Shown piece after piece: positions 39,824-50,615 of a stretch of DNA of 64,000 nucleotides (the first letter of the stretch is position 1; each line of letters opens with the position of its first letter). The notes beneath the pieces are model-generated. The model did not search any database, was not told the origin of the DNA, and saw nothing but the letters and a program-made list of their open reading frames with translations. Position numbers and translations under genes: made by a program. The DNA comes from an uncultured Actinomycetota bacterium (GTDB lineage: Bacteria; Actinomycetota; Thermoleophilia; RBG-16-64-13): assembly GCA_963843455.1 (NCBI GenBank), contig CAWJKE010000009.1, forward strand, positions 3,691-67,690. The letters are read 5' to 3'.

Positions 39824-42089
39824 TTGCGACTGATAATCACTGAGAAGAACGACGCCGCGAAGAAGATCGCCGGGATCCTGTCTGCCAACGGGGTCCGGAC
39901 CGAGTCGTACCTCAAGGTCCCGTACTATCTCTTCACCGACGGCGAAGGACAGCAGTCCACGGCGGTGGGCCTCAAAGGCCACGTCGTCCAGGTGGATTTC
40001 CCGCCCGAGTTCTCGGAGTGGCGCAAGGTCGAGCCCAGCGCGCTCATCGACGCCCCCCTGGTCAAGACCGAGACCGCTAAATCGGTGGTGCGGACGGTCA
40101 AGAAGCTCGCCGCGGACGCTTCCTCTCTCATCATCGCCACCGACTTCGATCGCGAAGGCGAACTCATAGGCCTCGAGGCCATGAATCTGGCCGTCGAAGA
40201 GAACGGCAGGCTGGTACGGACGGTGAGGCGCGCTCGTTTTTCGGCGTTGACGCCCGGAGAGATAAAGCGGGCCTTCTCCCATCTCGATCATCTGTCGGAG
40301 CCCCTTGCCCGGGCGGGCGAAGCTCGGCAGGACATAGACCTGATCTGGGGCGCCACCCTTACCCGCTTCGTCTCGCTGGCTACCGGTCGCCTTGGCACCC
40401 AGTTCTTGAGCGTCGGCCGGGTCCAGACACCCACTCTCGTTCTGGTGGCCGAGCGGGAGAAAGAACGGCGGGCGTTCGTCTCGGAGCCTTTCTGGGTGGT
40501 GAAGGTCGATCTCGAGTCAGACGGGCAGCGCTTCAGCGCGACCCACAAGGACGACCGGTTCACCGACGAGGCTCGGGCCAAGGCGGTGTTCGAGAAGCTG
40601 GCTTCTCCCGGCAAGGTCACCGCGGTCAAGCAGACCACGCGCAAAGTCCCGCGGCCGGCGCCCTTCAACACCACGAGCTTCACGATGGCCGCGACCTCTC
40701 TCGGCTACGGCGCTGCGGCGGCGATGCGCGTCGCGGAAGATCTCTACATGGCGGGGCATATCAGCTACCCCCGGACCGACAACACGGTCTATCCCTCCTC
40801 GCTCGATCTGCGGGAGGCGCTGGAGATCCTCGCTCAGGGAGAGTTCGCGAGGGAGGCCGGTGCCTTGCTGGCTCTTCCGGCTCTGCACCCCAGCAGGGGT
40901 GACAAACGCACAACGGACCACCCGCCCATCTACCCCACCGGCAGCCCCAGGAAGGGCGAACTGGGGGACCGCGAGTGGCGGCTGTACGAGCTGGTGGCCA
41001 GGCGCTTCATGGCCACCCTGGCCGACGACGCGGTGATGGAATCGAACCGGGTGGATGTGAACCTGAGCGGGGAGCCGTTCGTAGCCCGGGGTAATCGGGT
41101 GGTCTCGGCCGGTTGGTTCGAGTACTACCCCTACAGCAGGCAGAAGGACCTCGAACTGCCGTTGCTGCACGAGGGCGACCTGGTGCAGCTCGTGGACAAA
41201 CAGTTCGACGCCCGCGAGACCCAACCGCCTGCCAGGTTCGGGCAGGGGACCCTCATCGAACTGATGGAAAAGCACAACCTGGGGACCAAAGCCACCCGTC
41301 ACGCCATCATCCAGAACCTCTACGACCGGGGCTACGTCCACGGGAACCCGGTGGAGCCTACCGAGATGGGCATCAAGATGGCCGAGGCGCTCCAGGAATA
41401 CGCCCCGCGCATCGCTTCTCCGGAGATGACCGCCGAACTGGAGAAGGATATGGACCTCATCTCCGAGCGCGATCTGACCAAGGAGCAGGTGGTCACCATC
41501 TCTCGGGATTTGCTGCGTGAGGCCTATGGACATCTCGAGCAGAACCGGCAGCAGGTCGCTTCAAAGATCTATGAAGGCATCACCGACGACCGGATCCTGG
41601 GAGACTGCCCCAAGTGCGGCACGCATAGGATCAGAGTCATCCGCTCGAAGGCCACCAAAAAGCGCTTTGTGGGTTGCGAGGGATACCCCGATTGCGACCA
41701 GACCTACCCGTTGCCCCAGCGCGGTGACATCATCGGGACCGGGGAGATATGTCCCCAATGTGGGAGCCCGAAGATCAAGGTCCTCGGCGGCCGCCGGCCC
41801 TGGATCCTGTGCCTGGACCCGCACTGTCCCACCAAGGCGGAGTATCAGGAGAAGAGGGCGGCCCGGGCGAGTAAGGCCGAGGCCGCGGGCGACGGAGCCG
41901 CGGCGACCACCGCTAAGAAGGCCGCGACCGCCAAGAAGGCTGCGACCGGCGAAGAAGACCACCGCCAAGAAGCCGACGGTGAGAAAGCCGGCCGCCAAGA
42001 AGGCTGCGCCTGCCAAGAAGCCCGCTGCCAAGAAGACAGCGAAAGTGACCGCGACGTCCACGGCGACGGCCGACGAGGCCCCTCGTTGA
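39824..42089 (+). CDS. topA: DNA topoisomerase IA, archaeal-type, with Zn ribbons and Lys/Ala-rich tail; one extra base near 41948
   Basis: LIITEK, ATDFDREGELIG, SVGRVQTP, ISYPRTD, TDHPPIYP, LGTKATR; true tail PAKKTTAKK..EAPR stop 42089 is in a shifted frame; TTG start after GAGGAG. Confidence 0.9.
41900..42070 (+). repeat. xAKK/PAAKK Lys-Ala coding repeats (TopA tail)
   Basis: TAKKAATAKKAAT-AKKTTAKKPTVRKPAAKKAAPAKKPAAKKTAK. Confidence 0.85.
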
Positions 42090-42185
42090 GCGACGACACG
42101 GAGGGCGTCCACGACGGACGGCCGCTGCGCGCCGACTGCCGGCGACCCGACTCTGCCGCCCGAAGACGCCTCGCTGGACGACTCG

Positions 42186-42836
42186 GTGCTTGCGGGCATG
42201 GGCTGCGGCCTCAAGGGGCTGTTCGTCACGTTCGAGGGACTCGACGGCTGTGGCAAGTCCACCCAGATGGAGTTGCTGGCTCAGGCTCTCGCCGCTCGGG
42301 GTTTTGTGGTGGCGGTGACCCGCGAACCGGGCGGGACTCCACTGGGCGAGGCGATAAGAGAGATGCTCTTGGATCCCCTGCACCGTGGTATGTCCGCGCG
42401 GGCGGAAGCCTTGCTTTACGCAGCCGCCCGCGCCCACTTGGTGGAACAGGTCGTCAGACCGGCTCTGGAGGATGGGCAGATAGTGCTCTGCGATCGCTAC
42501 ATCGACTCTTCCCTGGCCTATCAGGGCTACGGCCGCGGGCTGGGATCCGACTACATCATGCTGGTGAACGACTGGGGCACCGACGGCCTGTACCCCGACC
42601 TGACCCTGTTCCTAGATCTCGACGACTCGGTGCGCTCGACCCGTCTGGCCGCGGTCCCCGACCGCCTCGAAGCCGAGGACGATGAGTTTCATAAGCGCGT
42701 GGCCCAGGGTTACCGTGAGCTGTTGGCGCTGCACCGCCACCGCATCCGCAGGGTGGACGCCACGGGAAGCGAGTCCGAGGTCCAGGAGCGGGTGCGCGCT
42801 ATCATCGAGCAGGAACTCGAACTCTTCAGTCACTAG
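42186..42836 (+). CDS. tmk: Thymidylate kinase
   Basis: FEGLDGCGKSTQ, TREPGGT, CDRYIDSSLAYQG. Confidence 0.96.
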   Translation: MLAGMGCGLKGLFVTFEGLDGCGKSTQMELLAQALAARGFVVAVTREPGGTPLGEAIREMLLDPLHRGMSARAEALLYAAARAHLVEQVVRPALEDGQIVLCDRYIDSSLAYQGYGRGLGSDYIMLVNDWGTDGLYPDLTLFLDLDDSVRSTRLAAVPDRLEAEDDEFHKRVAQGYRELLALHRHRIRRVDATGSESEVQERVRAIIEQELELFSH

Positions 42837-42858
42837 ATTCGAGCCCGAAGGCGGAGTC

Positions 42859-43995
42859 ATGCGGGGACTGTTCGCCGATATCATCGGCCAGGAGATGGCC
42901 GTTTCTCTGCTTGCCCGAGCGTTGGAGCAGGGAGCGTCGCACGCCTATCTCTTCTCCGGTCCGCCCGGAGTGGGCAAGACGGAGGCCGCCCTGGCGTTCG
43001 CCGCCGGCCTCGCCTGTCCCGACGGAGGCTGCGGAGCCTGCGATACGTGCAGGCGGGTGCAGGAAGGGCTCCATCCCGACATCGAGATCGTCGCTCCCGA
43101 GGGGAACTTCATCCGTAAGGAAGAGGTGACCGAGATCAACCTGCACGCCGCGTACCGGCCCTACGAAGCCCGGGCGAAGGTCTACATCTTTCTGGAGGCG
43201 GACAGCTTCAACACTGAAGCCGCCAACGCCTTCCTCAAGACGCTGGAGGAACCACCCGGTCACGTCCACTTCATCCTTGTGACCGATCGCCCCGAGCACC
43301 TTCTGCCCACCATCGCCTCCCGTTGCCAACTGGTGGCCTTTTCGTCGGTGGCGGCGCCGCTCGTGGCGGCGGACCTCTCCGGCCGGTTCGGGCTCCGCCC
43401 GCAAGAGGCGTCGCTGCTTGCCCGGGTGGCGGGCGGAAACCTGAGCTACGCACGGGAACTCGCGGTCTCGGACAACGCTCGCCGCCAGCGGGACGTTCTT
43501 CTTGATCTGGCTCGGGACCTTCCCGCCGCCGGGTTGCTCGATACCGAGATCGCGCTCGACGAAGCGATAGCAAGCGTGGAGTCGCGCGAGGGAGAGGTGG
43601 TCCCCGAGATCAAGGCCGAGCTCAAGCGCGCTCTCGAGTGGGCCGGGGACGCACGTACCCGCAAGTGGCTGGAGAAGCGGAGCGAGGACAAGATCAAGCG
43701 GCAGCAGCGCCGTTTGCGCACGCGGGGCCTGCAGACCCTCACCCGGGTGTTCGCCGGCTGGTACAGGGATCTGGCCCTGGTCTCGGTCGGCGCCGAGGAC
43801 GCGGTGCTCAATCAGGACCGGCTGAGCGAACTCCGGGCCATGGCCCTGCCCGGCGGCTTGACCGCCTATACCCAGGCCGTGGGGGCGGTGCAGAGGGCTG
43901 AGGAGCGGCTCCGGTATAATGTCGATGCCCGATGTGCGGTCGGGGACATGTTTTTTACTATCAAGGAGGCCCTGGCTCAGTGGCCGATGTCGTAG
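42859..43995 (+). CDS. holB: DNA polymerase III delta' subunit
   Basis: HAYLFSGPPGVGK, CGACDTC...HPD, ANAFLKTLEEPP, LLPTIASRCQ. Confidence 0.93.
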   Translation: MRGLFADIIGQEMAVSLLARALEQGASHAYLFSGPPGVGKTEAALAFAAGLACPDGGCGACDTCRRVQEGLHPDIEIVAPEGNFIRKEEVTEINLHAAYRPYEARAKVYIFLEADSFNTEAANAFLKTLEEPPGHVHFILVTDRPEHLLPTIASRCQLVAFSSVAAPLVAADLSGRFGLRPQEASLLARVAGGNLSYARELAVSDNARRQRDVLLDLARDLPAAGLLDTEIALDEAIASVESREGEVVPEIKAELKRALEWAGDARTRKWLEKRSEDKIKRQQRRLRTRGLQTLTRVFAGWYRDLALVSVGAEDAVLNQDRLSELRAMALPGGLTAYTQAVGAVQRAEERLRYNVDARCAVGDMFFTIKEALAQWPMS

Positions 43996-45356
43996 GGGTC
44001 GTCTTCCCCAATGGAACCAAAACGTACCACTTCGATCCCGCCGGTCTCGAACTGGCTCGAGGCGACCGCGTGGTCGTCCAGACTGCCAACGGCCCCGAGA
44101 TAGGCCAAGTGGTCGAGCCCACCCACACCATAGAAGACTCCGAACTGCCGGCGCCTCTGAAGAAAGTCACTCGGTTGGCTACCGGCAAGGATCTGGAGGC
44201 CAACGCCGCTTCGCAGCAGTTGCGCAAGGAGGCGATGGTAACCTGCCGAGAGATGATCGCCGCTCACGGCCTCGACATGAAGCTGGTGGGGGCCGACATT
44301 TCGTTCGGCGGGGAGAAGATCACCTTCAGTTTCTACGCGGACGAGCGGGTGGATTTCCGCTCGCTCGTGGCCGATCTGGCGAAGGTCCTCAAGACCCGTA
44401 TCGAACTCCGCCAGGTCGGGGCGCGGGAAGAGGCGCGGATGGTCGGCGGGCTGGGCCCGTGTGGCCGCGGCTTGTGTTGCACGCTGTTCCCGCCCGGTGA
44501 TGAGCCGGTCTCCATCCGGATGGCGAAAGAACAGAACCTGCCGCTGAACCCGGCGAAGATCTCGGGATTGTGTGGGCGGCTGATGTGCTGCCTCAAATAC
44601 GAGCAGGAGCAGTACGTACGCTTCCGCAAGGAAGCGCCGGCGAAAGGGACCCCGGTCTCGACGCCGGGTGGCGAAGGCGTCGTGGTGGGATACAACGTCC
44701 TGAAGGACGCCATCACCGTCCGTCTGGAGGATGGCCATTCCACAGACATCAAGATCTGCTCGTGCCAGTGCCAGGCCGACGGATGTCTGTTGGTTGTGCC
44801 GGAACTTGAGGAGCCCGCGGAGCTGATGGGGTACCCCGAAAGCCTGGGGGCTATCCGGGCGCTCGTGGCGGCCGACAGCGTGGCTGAGGAGGAACTCACC
44901 GTCGTCGAGGCCGAGGTGGTACTCGGCGAAGACGGCGAGCCGGTGGAGATCATCGTCGCCGAGACGTCGCGACGCTCTCGGTCGCGGCGGGGCCGGGGAC
45001 GCAGAGGTGGCAGGAACCGGGCAAGCATGCCGGGAGAAGGCGCGCCAGACGGAGCTGTGGAGGCCGTGGATGGGGCGGGCACCGCCGCCGGAGCCGAAGC
45101 CGCGCGACGGCACGGCCATCATCCCGCCCGGCACCCCGAACGCCACCGCGGCGGAGGTGCGGGAACTTCTGGCGGAGAGGCCGTCGGCGCGGACGGCGGT
45201 TCGGGCGCCGGCCCGGAGGGACCGGGCGCGAGCGGTTCTGCCGGCAGGTCGCGACGCCGGAGGCGGTCGCGCCGGCCCGCCGGCTCTGAGGGGAGCCCGG
45301 GCGGAGCCCCGAACGGAGGTCCGAGCGGACCTTCCAGCGGAGCGGAAACGCCCTAA
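43980..45356 (+). CDS. PSP1-domain protein (RicT/YaaT) with long low-complexity tail
   Basis: FYADERVDFRSLV.DL, IELRQVG.R.EA, GPCGR.LCC, KISGLCGRLMCCLKYE; GTG 43980 after AAGGAGG. Confidence 0.9.
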   Translation: MADVVGVVFPNGTKTYHFDPAGLELARGDRVVVQTANGPEIGQVVEPTHTIEDSELPAPLKKVTRLATGKDLEANAASQQLRKEAMVTCREMIAAHGLDMKLVGADISFGGEKITFSFYADERVDFRSLVADLAKVLKTRIELRQVGAREEARMVGGLGPCGRGLCCTLFPPGDEPVSIRMAKEQNLPLNPAKISGLCGRLMCCLKYEQEQYVRFRKEAPAKGTPVSTPGGEGVVVGYNVLKDAITVRLEDGHSTDIKICSCQCQADGCLLVVPELEEPAELMGYPESLGAIRALVAADSVAEEELTVVEAEVVLGEDGEPVEIIVAETSRRSRSRRGRGRRGGRNRASMPGEGAPDGAVEAVDGAGTAAGAEAARRHGHHPARHPERHRGGGAGTSGGEAVGADGGSGAGPEGPGASGSAGRSRRRRRSRRPAGSEGSPGGAPNGGPSGPSSGAETP

Positions 45357-45377
45357 GAGTTACGGATGCGCCACGAG

Positions 45378-45405
45378 AAGAGAGCCCGGTCTCCCGGGCT
45401 CTCTT
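45378..45405. terminator. Bidirectional intrinsic terminator between convergent genes
   Basis: AAGAGAGCCCGG-tctc-CCGGGCTCTCTT. Confidence 0.7.
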
Positions 45406-45433
45406 TGCGTCCGCAGATCTCTAGCGGTCCGGG

Positions 45434-45988
45434 CTATGCGGCCCCCTCGTCATCCATTTCGACCTTGTCCAGAGCCGCCAGCTCTTCGGCTTCGACCGCA
45501 CTGATAAGGCCTGTCGCTACCAGGTCCCGCGGCCTGATGAAGCTGCTGGACATGGTGAAGCCGCCGGCGCGCCACAAAGCATCGCGCAGGGGGACGGCCC
45601 AATGATGCTCTATCAGAACCATGCCCACGGCCGAGTCGGGCGGAAGCGTCGCGAGCACGTCCTGCGCGGTCTTGTCGGAGAAGACCTCGATGCCGTCTTC
45701 ACCGGCTATCGCGCCCAATTCGGCTCCGGCGACGAAACCCGCCTCGCCGTAAGCGCCCAGACCGATCAGCGCACCCACTTTGCTGCCGAACTCGACGGAC
45801 TCATCGGTGGTCAAGTTGTCGAAGTGCCCGGCGACCATGTCACCCTCGTCGGTCTTATAGACCACGAGCGCATCGATGATCCTGACCGCGTTGCTTTCTC
45901 TCAGCCGCGCGAGCTCATCCAGGACCTCACCTTTGAAGTCCGGCGATTCGAATCCCAGAATCAGCAGCTGAACAGGTCCGATTGCCAT
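45434..45988 (-). CDS. DUF6325/DUF1269-like protein
   Basis: MAIGPVQLLILGF...F.GEVL.EL..L...VRIIDAL, LIEHHWA.PLRDAL..AGG. Confidence 0.7.
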   Translation of the reverse strand: MAIGPVQLLILGFESPDFKGEVLDELARLRESNAVRIIDALVVYKTDEGDMVAGHFDNLTTDESVEFGSKVGALIGLGAYGEAGFVAGAELGAIAGEDGIEVFSDKTAQDVLATLPPDSAVGMVLIEHHWAVPLRDALWRAGGFTMSSSFIRPRDLVATGLISAVEAEELAALDKVEMDDEGAA

Positions 45989-46050
45989 GATCTCTCCTCT
46001 TTCGGTGATCGCTTCGTTCCGTCGGGGCCAGACGCGAGCAAGGCCGCCCG

Positions 46051-46771
<721 letters not shown>

Positions 46772-46779
<8 letters not shown>

Positions 46780-47920
46780 TCTGGATCACCTCGATCGGGT
46801 CCAGTCGCGCCGTCTTGCGATAGGGGATAATGGCCGAGATGAGTGCTATCGCGATGCCGATAGCGGCCGAAAAGAGTACGAAGCTGAGCTGAGGTTCTAT
46901 CGGGAAGAGCCCCGAGTTGCTGTTGCTCGCGATGGCGCTGAACACCGCTATCAAGCCCAGGCTGAGGGCGATTCCGAGGCCCGTGCCGATGACCCCGAGG
47001 ACTCCTGCCTGCCAGAGAAAGACGAGCCCCGTCCGCCCGTCGGCCATACCCAGCGCTTTGAGAATCCCGATCTGCCTGGTCTTCTGGACCGCGGAGATGG
47101 CGAGGGTGGAGGCGATGCCGAGCATGACTGCGATTATCACGAACACTTGGATCATGTACGACGAGGTGCTCTGACTTTGCAGGGCGGTGAGCAGTTCGGC
47201 GTTCTTGGCCTGCCACTCGGTGACGGTCTGCTGCGGAAACTTCGCCGCCACGTCGGCGGCCACCTGCGGCGACGCGAACACGTCGGCTATCTGCGTCTCC
47301 ACGGCGCTGAGGTCGTCTGTCGAGCGGCCTGCGGCCGCGCTGGCTGCATCCAACCCGGCGAAGACCGATTGTTGGTTGGCGGCCTGGGACCCCAGGTCGA
47401 ACACGCCCTCCAGTTGCGCGTCCACGGTCTTCCGATCGGCAAGGACGAGCTTGACCACGTCACCGGGTTGTAGCCCGTACTGCTCTGCGAACTCCTTGCC
47501 CACGACGATACGGTCGTCCTGCAAAGTGACCGCTCCCGCAATCATCTTGCCGGAAAGCTTGTAGATGGACTCGATATCTTGCAGGTCGCCGCCTTTGACC
47601 ACCACCGGCGCGCTCGAGCCGCCCAGCGGGACGAGGGCGGAGATCACCTGCACCGGAGCGATGGCCGTGATGCGCGCATCCGACGCGAGGTTCGTCCTAT
47701 CTGCAGCGGTGAAGGTGAAAGACGCGCCGCCGGCCTCCGGCTCGATGGTGACGTGCGCGCTCGACCCCACGGTGCTGTCCAGCAGGGACTTCTGAAGGCT
47801 GGTGATGAGCGACCCCACGAAGATTTGCACCGCTATGCCGACGCCGATGCCGAGGATGATGAGGATGGATTGCGCCCTGCTGCGCCAGAGAAAGCGCCAG
47901 GCGATCTTGAGTTCAAGCAT
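46772..47920 (-). CDS. ABC permease (FtsX/LolE/MacB-type)
   Basis: N-terminal TM, large extracytoplasmic domain, RQIGILKALG, 3 C-terminal TMs, LDPIEVI; ATG 47920. Confidence 0.9.
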
Positions 47921-48599
47921 CGCCCGGCCACGCGTGGGACAACGCATCCCCTCTAGCCTGGGTGGCCAATTCGTCCAGCAGGCCGTCAACCGAACCCACC
48001 GCGTACTCCTCCCACCCCGCCGCGTCATAGGCGAAGGCAGGACCCCCCGCGACTATCCGCACGTCGGGCAGTCGCCCGCGCAGCCCGGCGATGACGTTGT
48101 GCAGTGTGCTCCGCTGGAAGTGCGTCGAGGCCGAAAGACAGACCACTTTCACGTCCTCCGCAATGACGCACCTGACCATTTCGTCGAGCGGTGTGCCGGC
48201 GCCGATGTAAATGGTCCGGAAACCACGAAGATCGAAGCGATCGGCCAGCATGCGCAGCCCCACATCGTGCGTCTCCTCGGGCGGGCAGAAGAAGGCCACG
48301 CGGAGCGGGATCGGGGCGACCTGGGCCTTGCGCTCCAAGACCTTCGGGTAGAGTGCTTCGATGGCGGTGCGTACCGCGACGACCACAAGGTGCTCCTCCC
48401 ACACGGCCGTCCGGCCTTCCTGCCACCCGCGCCCGACGGACGCCAAAAAAGGCGAGAGGACATCTGAGTAGAGATCCTCGATCGCCAGCCCGTCCTCGAC
48501 GGCGCCAAGGATGGCGCGAACCGCTCCCTCGCGGTCGTGCGCCTGCAGACAACCCTCGAGACTCTCGGTAAGTTTGACCTCCGCAGCACCATCGCTCAC
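47913..48599 (-). CDS. Stand-alone cobalamin-binding protein (B12-binding_2 + B12-binding), CarH/AerR-type, no DNA-binding domain
   Basis: W-x9-EH (WQEGRTAVWEEH) and ExHxxG (EETHDVG), Rossmann VCLSAS, GG.AF; GTG 48599 after GGAGG. Confidence 0.8.
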   Translation of the reverse strand: MSDGAAEVKLTESLEGCLQAHDREGAVRAILGAVEDGLAIEDLYSDVLSPFLASVGRGWQEGRTAVWEEHLVVVAVRTAIEALYPKVLERKAQVAPIPLRVAFFCPPEETHDVGLRMLADRFDLRGFRTIYIGAGTPLDEMVRCVIAEDVKVVCLSASTHFQRSTLHNVIAGLRGRLPDVRIVAGGPAFAYDAAGWEEYAVGSVDGLLDELATQARGDALSHAWPGDA

Positions 48600-48834
48600 G
48601 AGCCTGGGAACCTCCCCGGTCGCCGGACCCTTCGTCAAACGCCACGAACGGGACGAAGTGATGGTCACAGACTACCTGCAGTTAGCCGCAGATGCCAGGT
48701 TGGGAAGCAGGCGCGGCCGCCGCCGCGTCGGAAGGACGCCCCACCCCGCGGAACTTGTCAGCTTCGGCGCCAGCTTCTAAACTAAGGCGCCCGCGTGAGC
48801 GCCGGCGCCGACAGGCCGCCGGGACTCTTTTCGC

Positions 48835-48907
48835 GCCGACGTAGCTCAGATGGCAGAGCGGCTCACTCGTAATGAGCAGGTCCGGGGTTCGATTCCCCGC
48901 GTCGGCT
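48835..48907 (+). tRNA. tRNA-Thr (anticodon CGT)
   Basis: Acceptor GCCGACG/CGTCGGC, D arm TAGCTCAG.TGG.AGAGC, anticodon stem GCTCA-ctCGTaa-TGAGC, T arm GGTTCGATTCC; CCA not encoded. Confidence 0.97.
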
Positions 48908-48968
48908 TTGGTTGCCAGGGGCGGAAGACCCTGCGACGACGTGAGCAGACGCTTGCGCTCGCTCGCTG

Positions 48969-50108
48969 TTGGCTGCCAGAATGGCTACCATGGAGCCTAA
49001 AGAGCCACTTCAGACACACGCTTGGTCTTCGGCGGCCCGGACGATCTTCATGCTCGCGGTCTTGGTCGGGCTCGCCCTTGGCATCCGGGCCACCAGGGGC
49101 ATAACCGCGCCGATTCTCCTGGGGCTGGTGGTGGTCATCGGGGCCAGTCCCCTCGTCGGCATCCTCACCAGGAGACGGGTGCCACCCGTCCTCGCGTACA
49201 TCATCTCCCTTATCGTCATCGTGGTCGTGATCCTCGCCCTGATGTTTCTCATGTCGTACATGATCTTCCAGACCAGGAATCTTCTGCCCCAACTCCAAGA
49301 CCAGTTGACGGCCTTGCAGCAAGACGTCGCGGACACTTTTGCCGGCTGGGGGATCGACATATCGGGAGTGGTCAAAGACCAGATACTGAAACCCGAGAAC
49401 CTTGTCAGTTGGGCGTCAGCCGCCCTTTCCGCCCTCTACAGCGCTCTCAAGAGCGTAAGCCTCATAGTCTTCATCGTGGCCTACCTGCTCGTGGAGGTGT
49501 CGGGCTTTCGGGGGCGGTTCTACCAGGCTCTGGGAGAGGATCGCCCGGCGCTCAAGAGATGGCAGGCATGGACCCGCGACACCCGCAGTTATCTGGGGAT
49601 CACCACGGTCCTCGCCGCAATCATCGCCGTCTTGAACTTTGGGCTGCTCTGGGTCCTCGGGGTGCCCTACCCTTTCACCTGGGCGTTTCTCTCCTTCGTG
49701 ATGAGCTACATACCGAATTTGGGGTTCATCATCGCCCTGCTGCCACCCGTGACCCTGGCCATCCTCCAAAGAAGTTGGGGCATGCTCATCGGGGTGATTG
49801 TGGGATACCTCGTGATTAACTTCGTCGCCGACAGCGTCTTCAAGCCCAAGATCCTCAAGAAGGGCGTGGACCTACCTGTGGCGGTATCGTTCCTGTCCTT
49901 GTTGGTCTGGGGTTTTGTTCTGGGCCCGATCGGAGCGCTTCTGGCCGTGCCCATGACCATGATGGTGAGGACGGTGCTCCTGGAGGCCTCGCCCGAGACT
50001 GAGCCGATCGCCCTCATGCTGCGCTCCGGTGGCCCGGCGCGAACGAGGAGGGGGATACTGTGGTGGCTGAGGAGAGGTAAGGGCGGGGACCAGATGCCGG
50101 GAGCCTGA
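48969..50108 (+). CDS. AI-2E (PerM) family transporter
   Basis: SYIPNLG, SLLVWG.VLGPIGALLAVP. Confidence 0.88.
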   Translation: MAARMATMEPKEPLQTHAWSSAARTIFMLAVLVGLALGIRATRGITAPILLGLVVVIGASPLVGILTRRRVPPVLAYIISLIVIVVVILALMFLMSYMIFQTRNLLPQLQDQLTALQQDVADTFAGWGIDISGVVKDQILKPENLVSWASAALSALYSALKSVSLIVFIVAYLLVEVSGFRGRFYQALGEDRPALKRWQAWTRDTRSYLGITTVLAAIIAVLNFGLLWVLGVPYPFTWAFLSFVMSYIPNLGFIIALLPPVTLAILQRSWGMLIGVIVGYLVINFVADSVFKPKILKKGVDLPVAVSFLSLLVWGFVLGPIGALLAVPMTMMVRTVLLEASPETEPIALMLRSGGPARTRRGILWWLRRGKGGDQMPGA

Positions 50109-50112
50109 GAAC

Positions 50113-50376
50113 TCAGCGTCCCCCGAGTTTTCCGCGCCCGCGGATCAGCCCCAAGATGATCAGCAGCACGACCGCTCCGCCGACCGCCACGGCGAAACTA
50201 CGCCAGTTCCATCCGGTGACGCCTGCGCTCCCAAACAGGCTCATGATAAATCCGCCCAACAGCGCCCCCACGATGCCCACGATGATGTCGTAGATGATGC
50301 CTCCACGACGACCCGTGAGAAACCCGGCCGCCAAGCCGGCCAGACCACCGAATACGATCCAAGACAGAATCCCCAT
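50113..50376 (-). CDS. GlsB/YeaQ/YmgE stress-response membrane protein
   Basis: MGILSWIVFGGLAG, IIVGIVGALLGG, AVGGAVVLL. Confidence 0.88.
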   Translation of the reverse strand: MGILSWIVFGGLAGLAAGFLTGRRGGIIYDIIVGIVGALLGGFIMSLFGSAGVTGWNWRSFAVAVGGAVVLLIILGLIRGRGKLGGR

Positions 50377-50615
50377 AATCGCCCCCTCCAGAAGATTTGT
50401 CCCGCACTGGCGTGTCCGTGCGCCGCGCGGATTCTGTATGCGGGTACCTGCAATCACCCGTGGCTAAACCTCGCGGGCGATGATTCCAGGCGCGTTGCGT
50501 GTTTGCTCTCCCCCAGGGAAGGGCACCTGCTCCAGGTGGTGAAAGTCTCGAATGCCATCGCTCGCACCGACCGCGCAGCCGGAAAAGCTCTGGACCAACG
50601 ACGGTCGAGGAACGC

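Noticed and set aside
39776-42685. 969-aa TopA ORF running through tmk
   Set aside because: An extra G near 41948 breaks the AKK repeat frame; the natural tail ends at 42089
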